IMG/VR virus record: IMGVR_UViG_3300003690_000003
Span: 64,001 to 128,000 of that record
Reading direction: 5' to 3' (one strand)
Length of the DNA stretch: 64,000 bases
Source of the DNA: a virus
Positions 26,456 through 36,269 of this stretch are shown one piece after another. Position 1 is the stretch's first letter. Each line of letters opens with the position of its first letter. The notes beneath the pieces are model-generated. The model saw only the letters and a program-made list of their open reading frames with translations, searched no databases and was not told where the DNA came from. The position numbers and the translations under genes were made by a program.

Positions 26456-28042
26456 TTATCCTTTAATAATCGCAGCATATTGTTCATTGAACTTCCGAGC
26501 CTCTTCGACCTGAGATTCTCGACTGCTCCTTTTGTGACCTAACATTCCAGGAATGGTAGTACTCATTTTGCGTGAAGAAGTCGACATTGATAGAAGAGCA
26601 CTCTTGTTATACTCTGATAATCTTTGGTTCTCGATCAAAACCGTATCTCTTACCCAACATCCGATTGCAAAAGACATTATTAAATCATCATTATATGATC
26701 TCATCGCTTGTGGGCGTCCATTGTGCCAAATAAAAGTTTTCATCTCTGATAATAAACGATTAGAGTTAATCTTAATTAGTCTATTTCTCATAAACTCTTC
26801 CATCTTTGCAATCACCAAAGGTCTCGTTTTAGATGAGGTTGTAAATCCTGGTACTATGTGTGTCATCCACTGAGCTTGTATGGGATCGACATAATCATGA
26901 GAAGATTTCATAGAATGATAAATATTATTATAACCTTTATCTTTCAGCTTATTAAGTACAGCAAATCCTATATTATTATTTTCAGCAACTATCATACAAG
27001 TTCCATATTCTTTTCCGGCGTCATATAGCATGTCTGCATACTCGTCAGGGTTTGGTTTTCCAATATATTCTGCGACTATTTCCATAGTCTTCAGCCGGAA
27101 AATATGGAATGCTGAGTTGTCTTGTCCATCGCCTCTCGCAATGTCTGCCGAAAGAAGATAAGTATCTTCCTCTTGGTATTCTTCCCAGATCCAATAGTTA
27201 CGATCAAAGCCGGTACGGTATTTAGGTTCTTTGGTCTTCTCTAGATAATGTGTTATATCGTCTGAATGTATAACTGTCTCACCCGAAACATTGAAGTTGC
27301 ATTCTAACTCTTGTGCAATCTGTCGCGTAGACATGTTTTGTGTTTCTTTTTCGTACCACAGCTGATCTCTATCTGGATGGACATCCCACAGCAACGTGGT
27401 CATATGAAATGCATTTATTCCAGCTTCCGCTTCAACACAAACCTTATGGAACCAGTTGCCCACCCCATTGGGGGTAGAAAGGGCGATGCATCGGCCACCA
27501 GTAGACAGGGTGGGATAAAGTGCAGTCCACAACTCACTTAGTGTTTCAACGTGAGCAGCCTCATCAATTACCAATAATGATAGCGCTTCGGAACGGCCAG
27601 CATCAAAAGAAGTTGAGGAGGCTTTAATCTGAGAACCATTAGTAAGTTCAAATGAAGTTCTATTATCAATATGAATCTCAGAAATCTTTATCCATTGCGG
27701 CAGCTGTTTCATAATCTTCTTAACTTTGCGAACAAGGTTGGTCGCAGTTTGAAGCTTCGTAGCTACAACTAAAATATTTTTATCGCGATGGAATAACATT
27801 AACCACACAATATACGCCGCCGTAATAGTGGAAATGCCAAGCTGTCGCGCTTTTAAAACTACATTAAAACGATAATCATTAAAATCTTTTAAGAGATCAT
27901 CCTGAAAATCATAAGTTTTGAATGGGATCTGGCCTCGCTGCGGGTGAGAGATTTTGCAGTAACTGGTAATAAAATGTACCGGGTCTTTGCCGGATTTTAT
28001 TACCTCTTGAAGAATCTCTTGCTTAGTAAGCTGATATCCCAT
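26456..28042 (-). CDS. Terminase large subunit (gp17-like)
   Basis: Walker A KARQLGIST, Walker B LLVIDEAA, STPNG, nuclease ADIARGDGQD and DDLIMS. Confidence 0.95.
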   Translation of the reverse strand: MGYQLTKQEILQEVIKSGKDPVHFITSYCKISHPQRGQIPFKTYDFQDDLLKDFNDYRFNVVLKARQLGISTITAAYIVWLMLFHRDKNILVVATKLQTATNLVRKVKKIMKQLPQWIKISEIHIDNRTSFELTNGSQIKASSTSFDAGRSEALSLLVIDEAAHVETLSELWTALYPTLSTGGRCIALSTPNGVGNWFHKVCVEAEAGINAFHMTTLLWDVHPDRDQLWYEKETQNMSTRQIAQELECNFNVSGETVIHSDDITHYLEKTKEPKYRTGFDRNYWIWEEYQEEDTYLLSADIARGDGQDNSAFHIFRLKTMEIVAEYIGKPNPDEYADMLYDAGKEYGTCMIVAENNNIGFAVLNKLKDKGYNNIYHSMKSSHDYVDPIQAQWMTHIVPGFTTSSKTRPLVIAKMEEFMRNRLIKINSNRLLSEMKTFIWHNGRPQAMRSYNDDLIMSFAIGCWVRDTVLIENQRLSEYNKSALLSMSTSSRKMSTTIPGMLGHKRSSRESQVEEARKFNEQYAAIIKG

Positions 28043-28051
28043 GACACCTGT

Positions 28052-28597
28052 TTACTTACCTTTGCGCGTGTCGTTCTTGGGGCGCTTGTTTTTGGGACCC
28101 AGCGCAAGCCAATCGCGAACTGCTTGGTCTAAACGCTCTTTTGAGGAACCCTCAACTTCTTCAACTCCCGGGAGACCACCAATCTTATAATCAGACATGG
28201 CGCGAACATCAGTGCGATAGTTTGAAAGCTTCTGAACAAGTATATCCGGCTCACCTACCTTTGTTAATGTAAGGGTATCGCCAGTAACAACTTTATATTC
28301 TTTTTTAAGAAAGGACGCTATCTGCGCTATCATAGAAACCATCTCGTTCTCGAAGCCTTTCTTGGCAACATCTTGGAGTCGGATTTCAGAGCTATAGATA
28401 ATCTTCAATAGCGGTCCATTAAATTGTACCTTAAATCCATCGCTGACACGTCGATCATTAATGAGGTGACCTTCCTCACGACGTAGCCCAACCTTACGCG
28501 CGCGCTCGTCTGCATTTAAAGACTCTTCGTGAGAGCCATCATAAGCATTAGCCGCGGCTTGAGCGATTCCGCGAATGATTTCAAGTGTCGTAGCCAT
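28052..28597 (-). CDS. Hypothetical protein upstream of terminase
   Basis: 181-aa ORF, GGAG SD. Confidence 0.7.
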   Translation of the reverse strand: MATTLEIIRGIAQAAANAYDGSHEESLNADERARKVGLRREEGHLINDRRVSDGFKVQFNGPLLKIIYSSEIRLQDVAKKGFENEMVSMIAQIASFLKKEYKVVTGDTLTLTKVGEPDILVQKLSNYRTDVRAMSDYKIGGLPGVEEVEGSSKERLDQAVRDWLALGPKNKRPKNDTRKGK

Positions 28598-28600
28598 TAA

Positions 28601-28987
28601 TTAAATCTCCTTCTCTGGTCGCCATCCGGCTAGCCAACGTTCTTCCCTGTTTTCTACCCATTTAATGTAACAAAGTCGACAACATTCAAACTTATTCATG
28701 TACAAGTTATCGCGCACATCAAACGAATATTCATTACAAACAAGACAAAACCTATTTGTATCCTTACTAAGTAGTTTTTTGTTTATTAAAAATCCGTCTG
28801 TTTCTACTTTCTCAGTATGCCCCTCACTTTTCTTAAGTTTTTCAGCTAACGCCTTAGATTCCTGAATATATCGTTCTTCTTTAGCCTCGTCCCAAAACTT
28901 ACGAGGATTGTCGATTGCTTCGGAGCCATACTTTTGAGCTATGGCTTTCTCTAGCTTGGGGATGTAGTTAGGATCTTTTTCGGTCAT
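28601..28987 (-). CDS. Putative zinc-binding protein
   Basis: CLVC...CCRLC, ends WLAGWRP; start likely 28987. Confidence 0.65.
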   Translation of the reverse strand: MTEKDPNYIPKLEKAIAQKYGSEAIDNPRKFWDEAKEERYIQESKALAEKLKKSEGHTEKVETDGFLINKKLLSKDTNRFCLVCNEYSFDVRDNLYMNKFECCRLCYIKWVENREERWLAGWRPEKEI

Positions 28988-28988
28988 A

Positions 28989-30050
28989 TTATCCACAGTG
29001 GTATGTACAAGCCGCTAAATAAACTTTATAGGAACTACCTCCGTGCTCAACGGTTTCTGTAACAGAACTCCAATCAATGTTTTCTGTACATTTGGCGATG
29101 GTGCTGCTTCTTAACAAGTCATCATCCTGCTTCATGCCATATCCAGAGATCTCGGATGAAACTATATAATCTCCATTTTGTACATTCCCGTTATAGTTGG
29201 TAACCAAAATTAATCCCTCTCCTATGGAATTAACCGCGATGTGCATCTCATCTGGAGCCAAGCCGCCATTGGCAACGTAGCCGTCATAAGAGCCAGAAAG
29301 ATCAGCAACCACCCCATATACAGTTTTAGATTTTTCAGTCGAAGAAAGTTGAACTTTAGGTAATGCAGTGGTTATCGTCTCTGCATTTCTTATCCATATT
29401 TCCCCTGTTGACTCAGCTATCATACCTACTTGATAGCTTCCCGAAACTATTACGGTGGCGTGCTGGCCCGTAAAAGACGTATTAAACGCAACTCCGCCGG
29501 ACCCGTTCCCCGTAACGCTGCCTATCTTCGTCTCCGTATCTAGCGGATTCTCGCGAATAAACTTAATTAAGTAAGCGCTCGTCGACAGGTCGCCGCCTGT
29601 AGAATATTGAGTCAGTTCTAGATTGTCACTGTTAGTGGAATTATATCTATTCAGTATTCTGAAAGCCGGCGTGGTGTTCGAGGCTGGGGTGAGTATGCAA
29701 TCCACTTGATATGCGGCGTCGTGGTCGGAGCCTATCGCGAGATTGCCAGGAATCGTAATCTCATTGTCCCCATCATCGCGACCTATCTGTATTGGCCGAG
29801 ATCCGTATCCGGTTCCGGACACTTGAAAACGAAACTTGTCGGATTCTTGGGTTATACTCAGAACGGGGGTGCCGTCGCCTATACTTAAACCCACCGCGTC
29901 GGTACCTGCACTATTAATAGTAATATTATCAACGACGCTGAGCGTCCCATCAGTAGCCAAAGACACCCTTGTAGTAGTGCCATCATCATCAACTATCTCA
30001 AACGCCTGTCCGCTAAGAGCCCCAATCTTATTAACTCTAATTAGACTCAT
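28989..30050 (-). CDS. Fibre-type protein with probable C-terminal intramolecular chaperone domain
   Basis: MS.IRVNKI N-terminus; SFTGQH...VNSIGEG...NGDYIVSS...GMKQDDD...CTYHCG C-terminal domain. Confidence 0.6.
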   Translation of the reverse strand: MSLIRVNKIGALSGQAFEIVDDDGTTTRVSLATDGTLSVVDNITINSAGTDAVGLSIGDGTPVLSITQESDKFRFQVSGTGYGSRPIQIGRDDGDNEITIPGNLAIGSDHDAAYQVDCILTPASNTTPAFRILNRYNSTNSDNLELTQYSTGGDLSTSAYLIKFIRENPLDTETKIGSVTGNGSGGVAFNTSFTGQHATVIVSGSYQVGMIAESTGEIWIRNAETITTALPKVQLSSTEKSKTVYGVVADLSGSYDGYVANGGLAPDEMHIAVNSIGEGLILVTNYNGNVQNGDYIVSSEISGYGMKQDDDLLRSSTIAKCTENIDWSSVTETVEHGGSSYKVYLAACTYHCG

Positions 30051-30059
30051 TATTTTCTC

Positions 30060-30326
30060 CTAAAAGTCATTCATATTTTTAACTGCTAAAGTTACTCCAG
30101 ATTCAATAGTAAATGTTAGACCATCAGCCACAGTGATATCTGAAAAACATATCGACGATAACGCTAGCGTCTGGCTGCCCAGGAGGGTGGTCGGAGAACT
30201 CGTAAATGAAGTTACTAAATTAATAACCGCTATTTTTTTAGGCTCGTGGCCCGCGGCAGTGCCGAGCAAATACTTTCTAAGAAATGCTATTAGCCTATTT
30301 TTTGAGTCTGCCTCCGGAATCGTCAC
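30060..30326 (-). CDS. Small fibre adaptor-like protein
   Basis: 88 aa ending ITVADGLTFTIESGVTLAV. Confidence 0.45.
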   Translation of the reverse strand: MTIPEADSKNRLIAFLRKYLLGTAAGHEPKKIAVINLVTSFTSSPTTLLGSQTLALSSICFSDITVADGLTFTIESGVTLAVKNMNDF

Positions 30327-30787
30327 TTAACTATCTCCGTGGACAATGCAAAAATACCTAATGAAGTAAGCGTTCCAATACCAAAGCCCAGAGCAACCAT
30401 CCACGGGGCCATAGCGGGCTTTTGTTTCGTTACCAGTTGATAAAGTCGATCATTCTCTGTTGTTTTAAGAATCATCATCTGCTCATAACGCGATTCCCGC
30501 GACTTTATTTCTATATCCTTGTAATCTAACTGTAATTGATAACGCTGTTCTTGAAGATGAAGCTCGTACCCAATACGCAAATCGCACTCAGCGTTCTCAA
30601 ACTTCTTATCTACCGCTATCTTTGCCGCAGCGTCCAGCGATAATAGGACTCCATCAAATGGTGCCGGATCACCCGCGTCCAACGAAATAATATCATATTC
30701 CGCTGTGGTCTCTTCTTCCTCTCCAAACGCATAAGAAGGGAATATGAGATTGAAAATGATTACTAATGATAATAGTTGTTTACCCAT
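30323..30787 (-). CDS. Exported coiled-coil protein with C-terminal TM (spanin-like?)
   Basis: N-terminal signal peptide without lipobox Cys, APFDGVLL, coiled coil, C-terminal hydrophobic helix. Confidence 0.5.
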   Translation of the reverse strand: MGKQLLSLVIIFNLIFPSYAFGEEEETTAEYDIISLDAGDPAPFDGVLLSLDAAAKIAVDKKFENAECDLRIGYELHLQEQRYQLQLDYKDIEIKSRESRYEQMMILKTTENDRLYQLVTKQKPAMAPWMVALGFGIGTLTSLGIFALSTEIVK

Positions 30788-31196
30788 GTTCTAATCCATA
30801 TAATCGAGCTAGCTCTCTCGCCAGTATGTCAGGTTCATTATAACTTTCTTCAATAAGTTTTTTAAGTTCCTTCTTTTTTTCAGAACTTAATGTTTCATTA
30901 CGCGTTGCATATTCTTCTTCTAATGCTTTTAGGTTCTTGTTATATTCTTTTAGAATTTTGCTCTTTTCTTCTGCTTCTTCTTTGTGACTCTCGTTAAGAA
31001 AATCAATCTCGTTTTTATAGCTCTCTCTAGAACCATCGAAGGCCTCCATTACTGTAGTCAAAAAAACCGCGTTTCGTGTGAGAAGATAAAATAAGAAGCC
31101 AACGAACAGTAGTAAAAGCATAATCGGAAGCCAGAAGTGTGCCTTCGTCCAAGCCCACACTTTTTTTAAAACCGTTTTAATCGCTAACCATTTCAT
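30780..31196 (-). CDS. Inner-membrane spanin-like protein
   Basis: N-terminal TM followed by charged coiled coil, directly after holin-like gene. Confidence 0.5.
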   Translation of the reverse strand: MKWLAIKTVLKKVWAWTKAHFWLPIMLLLLFVGFLFYLLTRNAVFLTTVMEAFDGSRESYKNEIDFLNESHKEEAEEKSKILKEYNKNLKALEEEYATRNETLSSEKKKELKKLIEESYNEPDILARELARLYGLEHG

Positions 31197-31381
31197 TATT
31201 TAACCCCTTTTAGCCTCGCCACTGTGTCAACCACTCCTTGCGTCCCAATATATGCTACAGTGATCATCGTCCAATCTGCAGACGCAAGATCCGCAAATGC
31301 TAACAAGCCGGTTGCTGTCGCCCAGACCAAAAGCTTGCGCGACACGATCTTATTTAATCCTTTGTCTATTAAATGTTTCAT
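31196..31381 (-). CDS. Holin-like small membrane protein
   Basis: 61 aa, SRKLLVW, two short TMs, basic C-terminus, AGGAAGGAG SD. Confidence 0.55.
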   Translation of the reverse strand: MKHLIDKGLNKIVSRKLLVWATATGLLAFADLASADWTMITVAYIGTQGVVDTVARLKGVK

Positions 31382-31394
31382 CAGACACTCCTTC

Positions 31395-31407
31395 CTATAT
31401 AATTAGT
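31395..31407. promoter_or_regulatory. Back-to-back CTAWWTA motifs (CTATATA on +, CTAATTA on -)
   Basis: Sequence CTATATAATTAGT between holin start (-) and GTG 31424 (+), each with an SD. Confidence 0.45.
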
Positions 31408-31423
31408 ATAGTGGAGTAAAGAG

Positions 31424-31732
31424 GTGCGCAAACTTAAATTCAAATACCATAGAACAATCAAAAAAGCCGAATTTATGCACGCTGATCTCGCCTATCATGA
31501 AGAGGTTGTCAAAGCCGCCAAAAACGGTTTTCGTCGCCACGCGTGCAGTCGCCTGTTCCGCTGCAGCACGCGTTCAAAAAGCATTAATGCAACGTCTTCA
31601 ACCTCTGAGAAATATGTCCCTGGCGAGACGCGTCTTTCTATAACATATTTCTTCTTAGACTTCGACATGGGCAAATTTGCCTTTTTTCTCAATTATAATT
31701 TGAGTGTCTACACAATCTTTAAGGCTATCTAA
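31424..31732 (+). pseudogene. Probable truncated plus-strand gene (only ~38 N-terminal codons look genuine)
   Basis: GGAG SD + GTG; then runs antisense into the minus-strand ORF 31495-31668 and the end of the Mre11-Rad50 gene. Confidence 0.35.
31495..31668 (-). pseudogene. Short or truncated minus-strand ORF (MSKSKKKYVIERRVSPGTY...)
   Basis: ATG overlaps end of Mre11-Rad50 gene; collides head-on with + ORF. Confidence 0.35.
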
Positions 31733-34700
31733 GTGAGATATTAAAATAACTGTTTTAAAGAAAGACTTAATCAAATCAAGAATGCGAATAAATCCCTCCA
31801 TGTTATCAGCGTCTAGTGCTGTTCCCGGTTCATCGAGAATAAAGATATCTCCCTTTGGAAGATTAGAAACACTCAACAATGCCAAGCGAATAGCCATTGC
31901 AGCAATCGTTTTCTCAGCACCAGAGCCCATTTCTAATGGTCGCGGCTCATGCTTGGGATGTTTAATAAAGATATTAAGCCGCCTTCCGTCATCTTCGAAG
32001 AAAGCTTCAAAAGAAACAATGTTGGCTAAAACCTTAGCAATCTCATCGTTAATCACGGGTAGCTGTTTTTTAATAATATCATAAGCAATGCCGTTGGAAT
32101 GCATACAGCGCATATAAAGATCATAAGCAGCATACTCTTGCTGAATGTCTTTTAACTCTTTTTGCTGTTCCATTAGATTTGTTAACTTCTGTTCTAAAGA
32201 GCCTTTAAGCTTATAATATTCTAAAACCATATTCTGACATGCCTTATGCTCTCCTATAAGACTTTCCATCACATCTAGCACACCCTGTCGCTGATTTGCA
32301 AGATGTTCAAAGTTCTCTATATTTTCTCGATTATCTTTGTATTCTTCGATCTTTATTGCTAGCGTAGCTAGTTCGCTCTCATACGAAACAATCTTATTCT
32401 TCTCTCTCGCATAGGACAACTGTAAATCCTTAAGATTACTTTCATTTATTGAATGACTGGTCGTTAGCTCATCATATTTTTTGCGCTTCAAGGCTGTCTT
32501 TGCAGGGTTTAAATCTTCTAAAAACTTCTTAAGCTCTTTTGCTTCTTTAATACTATCGAGTATTTTGGTTTTAAGATCTGGAGCCTCTTTCTTGGCCTTG
32601 TGAGCATCATGAATAAACTTACATTGTGGATACTCATTTCCACAAGGAACTTCGTCGAGTAACTTGAGTTTTGTACTCTTGGTATGGTAATCCCTTTGTA
32701 GCAATCGGGCTTCGCTAACTATAGATTCCATCTCATCTTGTTTTATATCGATTAAATCTTGCTTCTGATCAAGCTCATCAATATCAAATCTATTAAGAAA
32801 CTCGTCTAGATTACCAATATCGGCTTTAAGTTCTTGTATCTTTTCACCACGTTCTTTATTGGCCTCTTGAGCCCTAGATAGATTCGACTTTAGTTCAGCT
32901 TTTCTTTGTTCAGCATCAATAATATCAACCACTTCGTAAGGAATTGAATCGATTAGATCGTTCACTTCATCTAGCTGGAAATCTTTCGTCGAGATCTCTT
33001 CTTGTACTCTCTCACAGCTTTCTTCTTGTTCCAGAAGCTGGCTGTTTGTCTTTTTGATTTCCTCTTTGGCGGCGCTTATATCCTCTTCGAAGTTACGATC
33101 ACCAATCCTACGCAGAACACCCTTCAGATCGGCGCTATCTTCCTTTGCAAGCTTGTATTTCTTCTCAAATACCTCCAGGTCTAAGAACTTGGCTAGAATC
33201 TCTTTACGGCGCGTAGAGCCCTCTTTAATGAAGGATAGCGAATCCAGTTGAGACGACATCGATGTTAAAAGAAAATCTTCTATCGTACCGAAATGCTTAC
33301 GAATAGCAGCATCGGTTTTCATCCTGGTAGTCTCGTTGAGACTGTGGTTCTCACTCATAACGGGATCGAAATAATCAAAATCTAAATCTGTTTTGGCCTC
33401 GTCGGTTACTTCACCTTTTAGCTTCTTAATATATTTTTCTGAGCGACGATTAATCGTATACACCTTATCGCCTATTTGAAGCTCTACTTTCCCAAAGCAG
33501 GCTGATTTATGCTGGTTGATTATGTTTAGATTTTTGCGCTCATTTTTTGATGTCGTATTGAATATAGTATATAAGAGGCCATCAACAATACTAGACTTGC
33601 CAGAAAAGTTCTTCCCAAAGATTCCGACAATACCGTTTAGCTTTTCGAAATCAACTCTATTATTATCGCCATAGTTAAATAAATTGTCCCACTCAAAGTT
33701 GTTCAGCTTCCAGTTAATGTTTCTTGCTACGTCTTCTGTGGCCTCGGCCATCTTGTTATATTTTTGATTCAGATTATTAACGCGCTCCATCATTTCATCT
33801 GATGCTTCATAGTCTTTAAGATATTCCTTCATTAATCTTTCCTGTACAGAGATATCTCGAAGATTTTCTTTGAAAAAACCATTGCCGTTTACATTAATGC
33901 TTCCTCTTTGGCCCGCAGCCCTATTCAAGAAAGTAATACTCTCCGGACTGAATCTATGCTTAGCAACCTCGACAGCCCTTTTCATTACATTTAAAGGAAG
34001 GTTGTTGTTGCTCACAAGCCGTACACGGGCCCCAGAGGGCATTGTCGTACCCCGGGGCATCCTACCCTTCGGAGTGAGTTCAATGGTCACAAAGGGCTTA
34101 GGATTGAGCAGCTTGACGTGTTTTACACGAAACTCGTCCTTGCTTTCTATCTCCCAAATCAGGAAGCCCTTGTCGTTTGTTTCGCCATGATTTTGCTGTA
34201 CAATCGATCCGCAGTAGCGGACACGACCTTCGGTGTCAAGAATCTGATTGGTCTTATGAATATCCCCAAGCATCGCATAATCATGGTTGGCAAAAATAGA
34301 TACATCATGATCACCATGCTCCATTACCCACCCAATATCTGTCTTTACTCCGGCAATCGATCCGTGGTAAACAGCAATATTAATCTTGGTAGGATCAGAT
34401 GGTTCAACCCAATTCTCCTCATCAAATATAGAAAGTACGTTCATCGTTAAATCTAAATCCATTTCAACTTCGCCTGAGTTTTTTAACAGATGAAGATGTG
34501 GATGCTGAAGTGCTTCGACGATTGGGGTAATCGCATCCTGTCGTGAGGAGTTACGTAGGTTACCATCGTGGTTTCCTAGGATTGCGTAAGTTGGTGCAAT
34601 GTCTGCGAGAGTTGATAAAAACTTCGAGCACATATCAACAAACTCTGGTGATATTTGTGTTTTAGTGTGGGCAATATCTCCACCAATATAAATGAAATCT

Positions 34701-34810
34701 ACTTTTTCTTTTCGTAACGTCTCATACATTTGTTCGAATATCTTCCGATATTCGAAATGATATTTTAAATTTTTGATGTGGATATCTGCGCAATGCGCAA
34801 TCTTATGCAT
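31655..34810 (-). CDS. Fused Mre11/SbcD nuclease - Rad50/SbcC ATPase (gp47-gp46-like)
   Basis: ADIH, GGDIAH, GNHD, GDIH phosphoesterase motifs; Walker A GKNFSGKS, long coiled coil, GSGAEK signature, Walker B IFILDEP, ISH. Confidence 0.92.
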   Translation of the reverse strand: MHKIAHCADIHIKNLKYHFEYRKIFEQMYETLRKEKVDFIYIGGDIAHTKTQISPEFVDMCSKFLSTLADIAPTYAILGNHDGNLRNSSRQDAITPIVEALQHPHLHLLKNSGEVEMDLDLTMNVLSIFDEENWVEPSDPTKINIAVYHGSIAGVKTDIGWVMEHGDHDVSIFANHDYAMLGDIHKTNQILDTEGRVRYCGSIVQQNHGETNDKGFLIWEIESKDEFRVKHVKLLNPKPFVTIELTPKGRMPRGTTMPSGARVRLVSNNNLPLNVMKRAVEVAKHRFSPESITFLNRAAGQRGSINVNGNGFFKENLRDISVQERLMKEYLKDYEASDEMMERVNNLNQKYNKMAEATEDVARNINWKLNNFEWDNLFNYGDNNRVDFEKLNGIVGIFGKNFSGKSSIVDGLLYTIFNTTSKNERKNLNIINQHKSACFGKVELQIGDKVYTINRRSEKYIKKLKGEVTDEAKTDLDFDYFDPVMSENHSLNETTRMKTDAAIRKHFGTIEDFLLTSMSSQLDSLSFIKEGSTRRKEILAKFLDLEVFEKKYKLAKEDSADLKGVLRRIGDRNFEEDISAAKEEIKKTNSQLLEQEESCERVQEEISTKDFQLDEVNDLIDSIPYEVVDIIDAEQRKAELKSNLSRAQEANKERGEKIQELKADIGNLDEFLNRFDIDELDQKQDLIDIKQDEMESIVSEARLLQRDYHTKSTKLKLLDEVPCGNEYPQCKFIHDAHKAKKEAPDLKTKILDSIKEAKELKKFLEDLNPAKTALKRKKYDELTTSHSINESNLKDLQLSYAREKNKIVSYESELATLAIKIEEYKDNRENIENFEHLANQRQGVLDVMESLIGEHKACQNMVLEYYKLKGSLEQKLTNLMEQQKELKDIQQEYAAYDLYMRCMHSNGIAYDIIKKQLPVINDEIAKVLANIVSFEAFFEDDGRRLNIFIKHPKHEPRPLEMGSGAEKTIAAMAIRLALLSVSNLPKGDIFILDEPGTALDADNMEGFIRILDLIKSFFKTVILISHLDSLKDCVDTQIIIEKKGKFAHVEV

Positions 34811-34821
34811 GCATGGGTTCC

Positions 34822-35763
34822 TTAAACCAGTATCGATCGTTGGAGTAGTTCATCGAAGTTCATTCGAGTTGCACTATTTTTTCTAGTCTCGAACTCTTTC
34901 TTCGGCATCTCTCCAAGATCCTTATACGGATCTATATCTATCTTATACAATTCTACATCATATGTCAAGAAGTTTTTGATGATTTCGAGTGCTTTTCTTT
35001 CTGCGTCCGGGTCGAGCGCAATATATACCGACGCGTCTTTCTGTACAATTTTTCTGAAGAGATGCGAATCCATACGCAAAGTAGACCCCAACAAAGGAAT
35101 ACTATTGCGGCTAGCCACAATGGCATCAAACACGCCCTCCACCAAAACTATGTCTGAGGTCCAGTCGATAGAAAGATCATTAAACACAACATCTCTATCG
35201 ACAGGTGGGTTTTTATATTTTGGATAGCCCCCATCGTATGTACGAGCAATAAAGTAATCAGCATTTCCATTCTCATTAAACGAAGGAATGATGATTCGAT
35301 TTTCGTATTCTCCCGATGAGCAGTACCCTATCTTCCACCAAATAATGTCTTTCTTCGCTATACCTCTCTCTTTTAAATACTTCCTCGCCATAAAACCTGT
35401 CGGCGGCATGTCTTTATTTGCCAGAGAAATATACTCTGCGGGGAGCGGAATAACCTGTTCGGGCTTTTTCTTCTTTTCGAAGTGGTCCAGTAGGTCCCAA
35501 CGATCCAAATCGCGATAATCTATTTCTGTCTCTAATCGTAACCAGTTCTGGCGATGTTTATATTCTCCGAACTTCCTAATAACATGATAGATGTTGCGGC
35601 CGCGCGTATCGCACACCCAACACTTATAGACGTTTTTTGCTAGATTAACTGAAAACTTAGGCTTGTGGTGGCTGCAATATGGACAGTTAAAAAGATATTC
35701 CCTGTTAGTTCGCCGGCTCTGGCCAAGTATTTCTCTTAAGATGAAAAGTTTTTGTTCTTCCAT
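34822..35763 (-). CDS. DNA primase (zinc finger + TOPRIM)
   Basis: CPYC...CWVC, YLKERGI, RIIIP, KYKNP, VEGVFDA, LDPD. Confidence 0.88.
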   Translation of the reverse strand: MEEQKLFILREILGQSRRTNREYLFNCPYCSHHKPKFSVNLAKNVYKCWVCDTRGRNIYHVIRKFGEYKHRQNWLRLETEIDYRDLDRWDLLDHFEKKKKPEQVIPLPAEYISLANKDMPPTGFMARKYLKERGIAKKDIIWWKIGYCSSGEYENRIIIPSFNENGNADYFIARTYDGGYPKYKNPPVDRDVVFNDLSIDWTSDIVLVEGVFDAIVASRNSIPLLGSTLRMDSHLFRKIVQKDASVYIALDPDAERKALEIIKNFLTYDVELYKIDIDPYKDLGEMPKKEFETRKNSATRMNFDELLQRSILV

Positions 35764-36269
35764 AAAGTATACCCAGCACGTGCAATAATCACACTATCGG
35801 CTCTATCATAATAGCCGGGCTTCGGATTGCCATGCTTAGTATATTCTACCTTAAACTCGGGTGCTATGTCAAGCAGAAACTTTAAAACTTCTTCTTTAGC
35901 CTTTGTTCCTCTGGGAATTTTAATACCGTTAAGTTTTCTCGCTTGGCTGGCACCTATGTATTGAGGGTCCATGTGAAAAACATCTCTAATCGCTAATGAC
36001 GCCATTCCATTAAATCGCTGCAGGAGAGCCATTGTTTTGCCACTTGAACCGCCGCTATTAAAAAATACAAAGGGTTCCTCAATCCATATCTCTTGCGCTG
36101 CTACTTGTAGAAATCTTACATCGGCCAAAAACTCTCTTAAAGTCTCTATCTTTTCAAAAAGTCCTTTGTTTTTTCGAAGATCACAGTGTTCACAAAAAAT
36201 TATTTCTCCGTGTTTACTAATACACGACACACCTATAATGCTTGTACTAATATCAAAACCTAAAAACAT
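35736..36269 (-). CDS. RuvC-like Holliday junction resolvase
   Basis: LGFDISTSIIG, IWIEE, DRADS acidic catalytic pattern. Confidence 0.8.
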   Translation of the reverse strand: MFLGFDISTSIIGVSCISKHGEIIFCEHCDLRKNKGLFEKIETLREFLADVRFLQVAAQEIWIEEPFVFFNSGGSSGKTMALLQRFNGMASLAIRDVFHMDPQYIGASQARKLNGIKIPRGTKAKEEVLKFLLDIAPEFKVEYTKHGNPKPGYYDRADSVIIARAGYTLWKNKNFSS

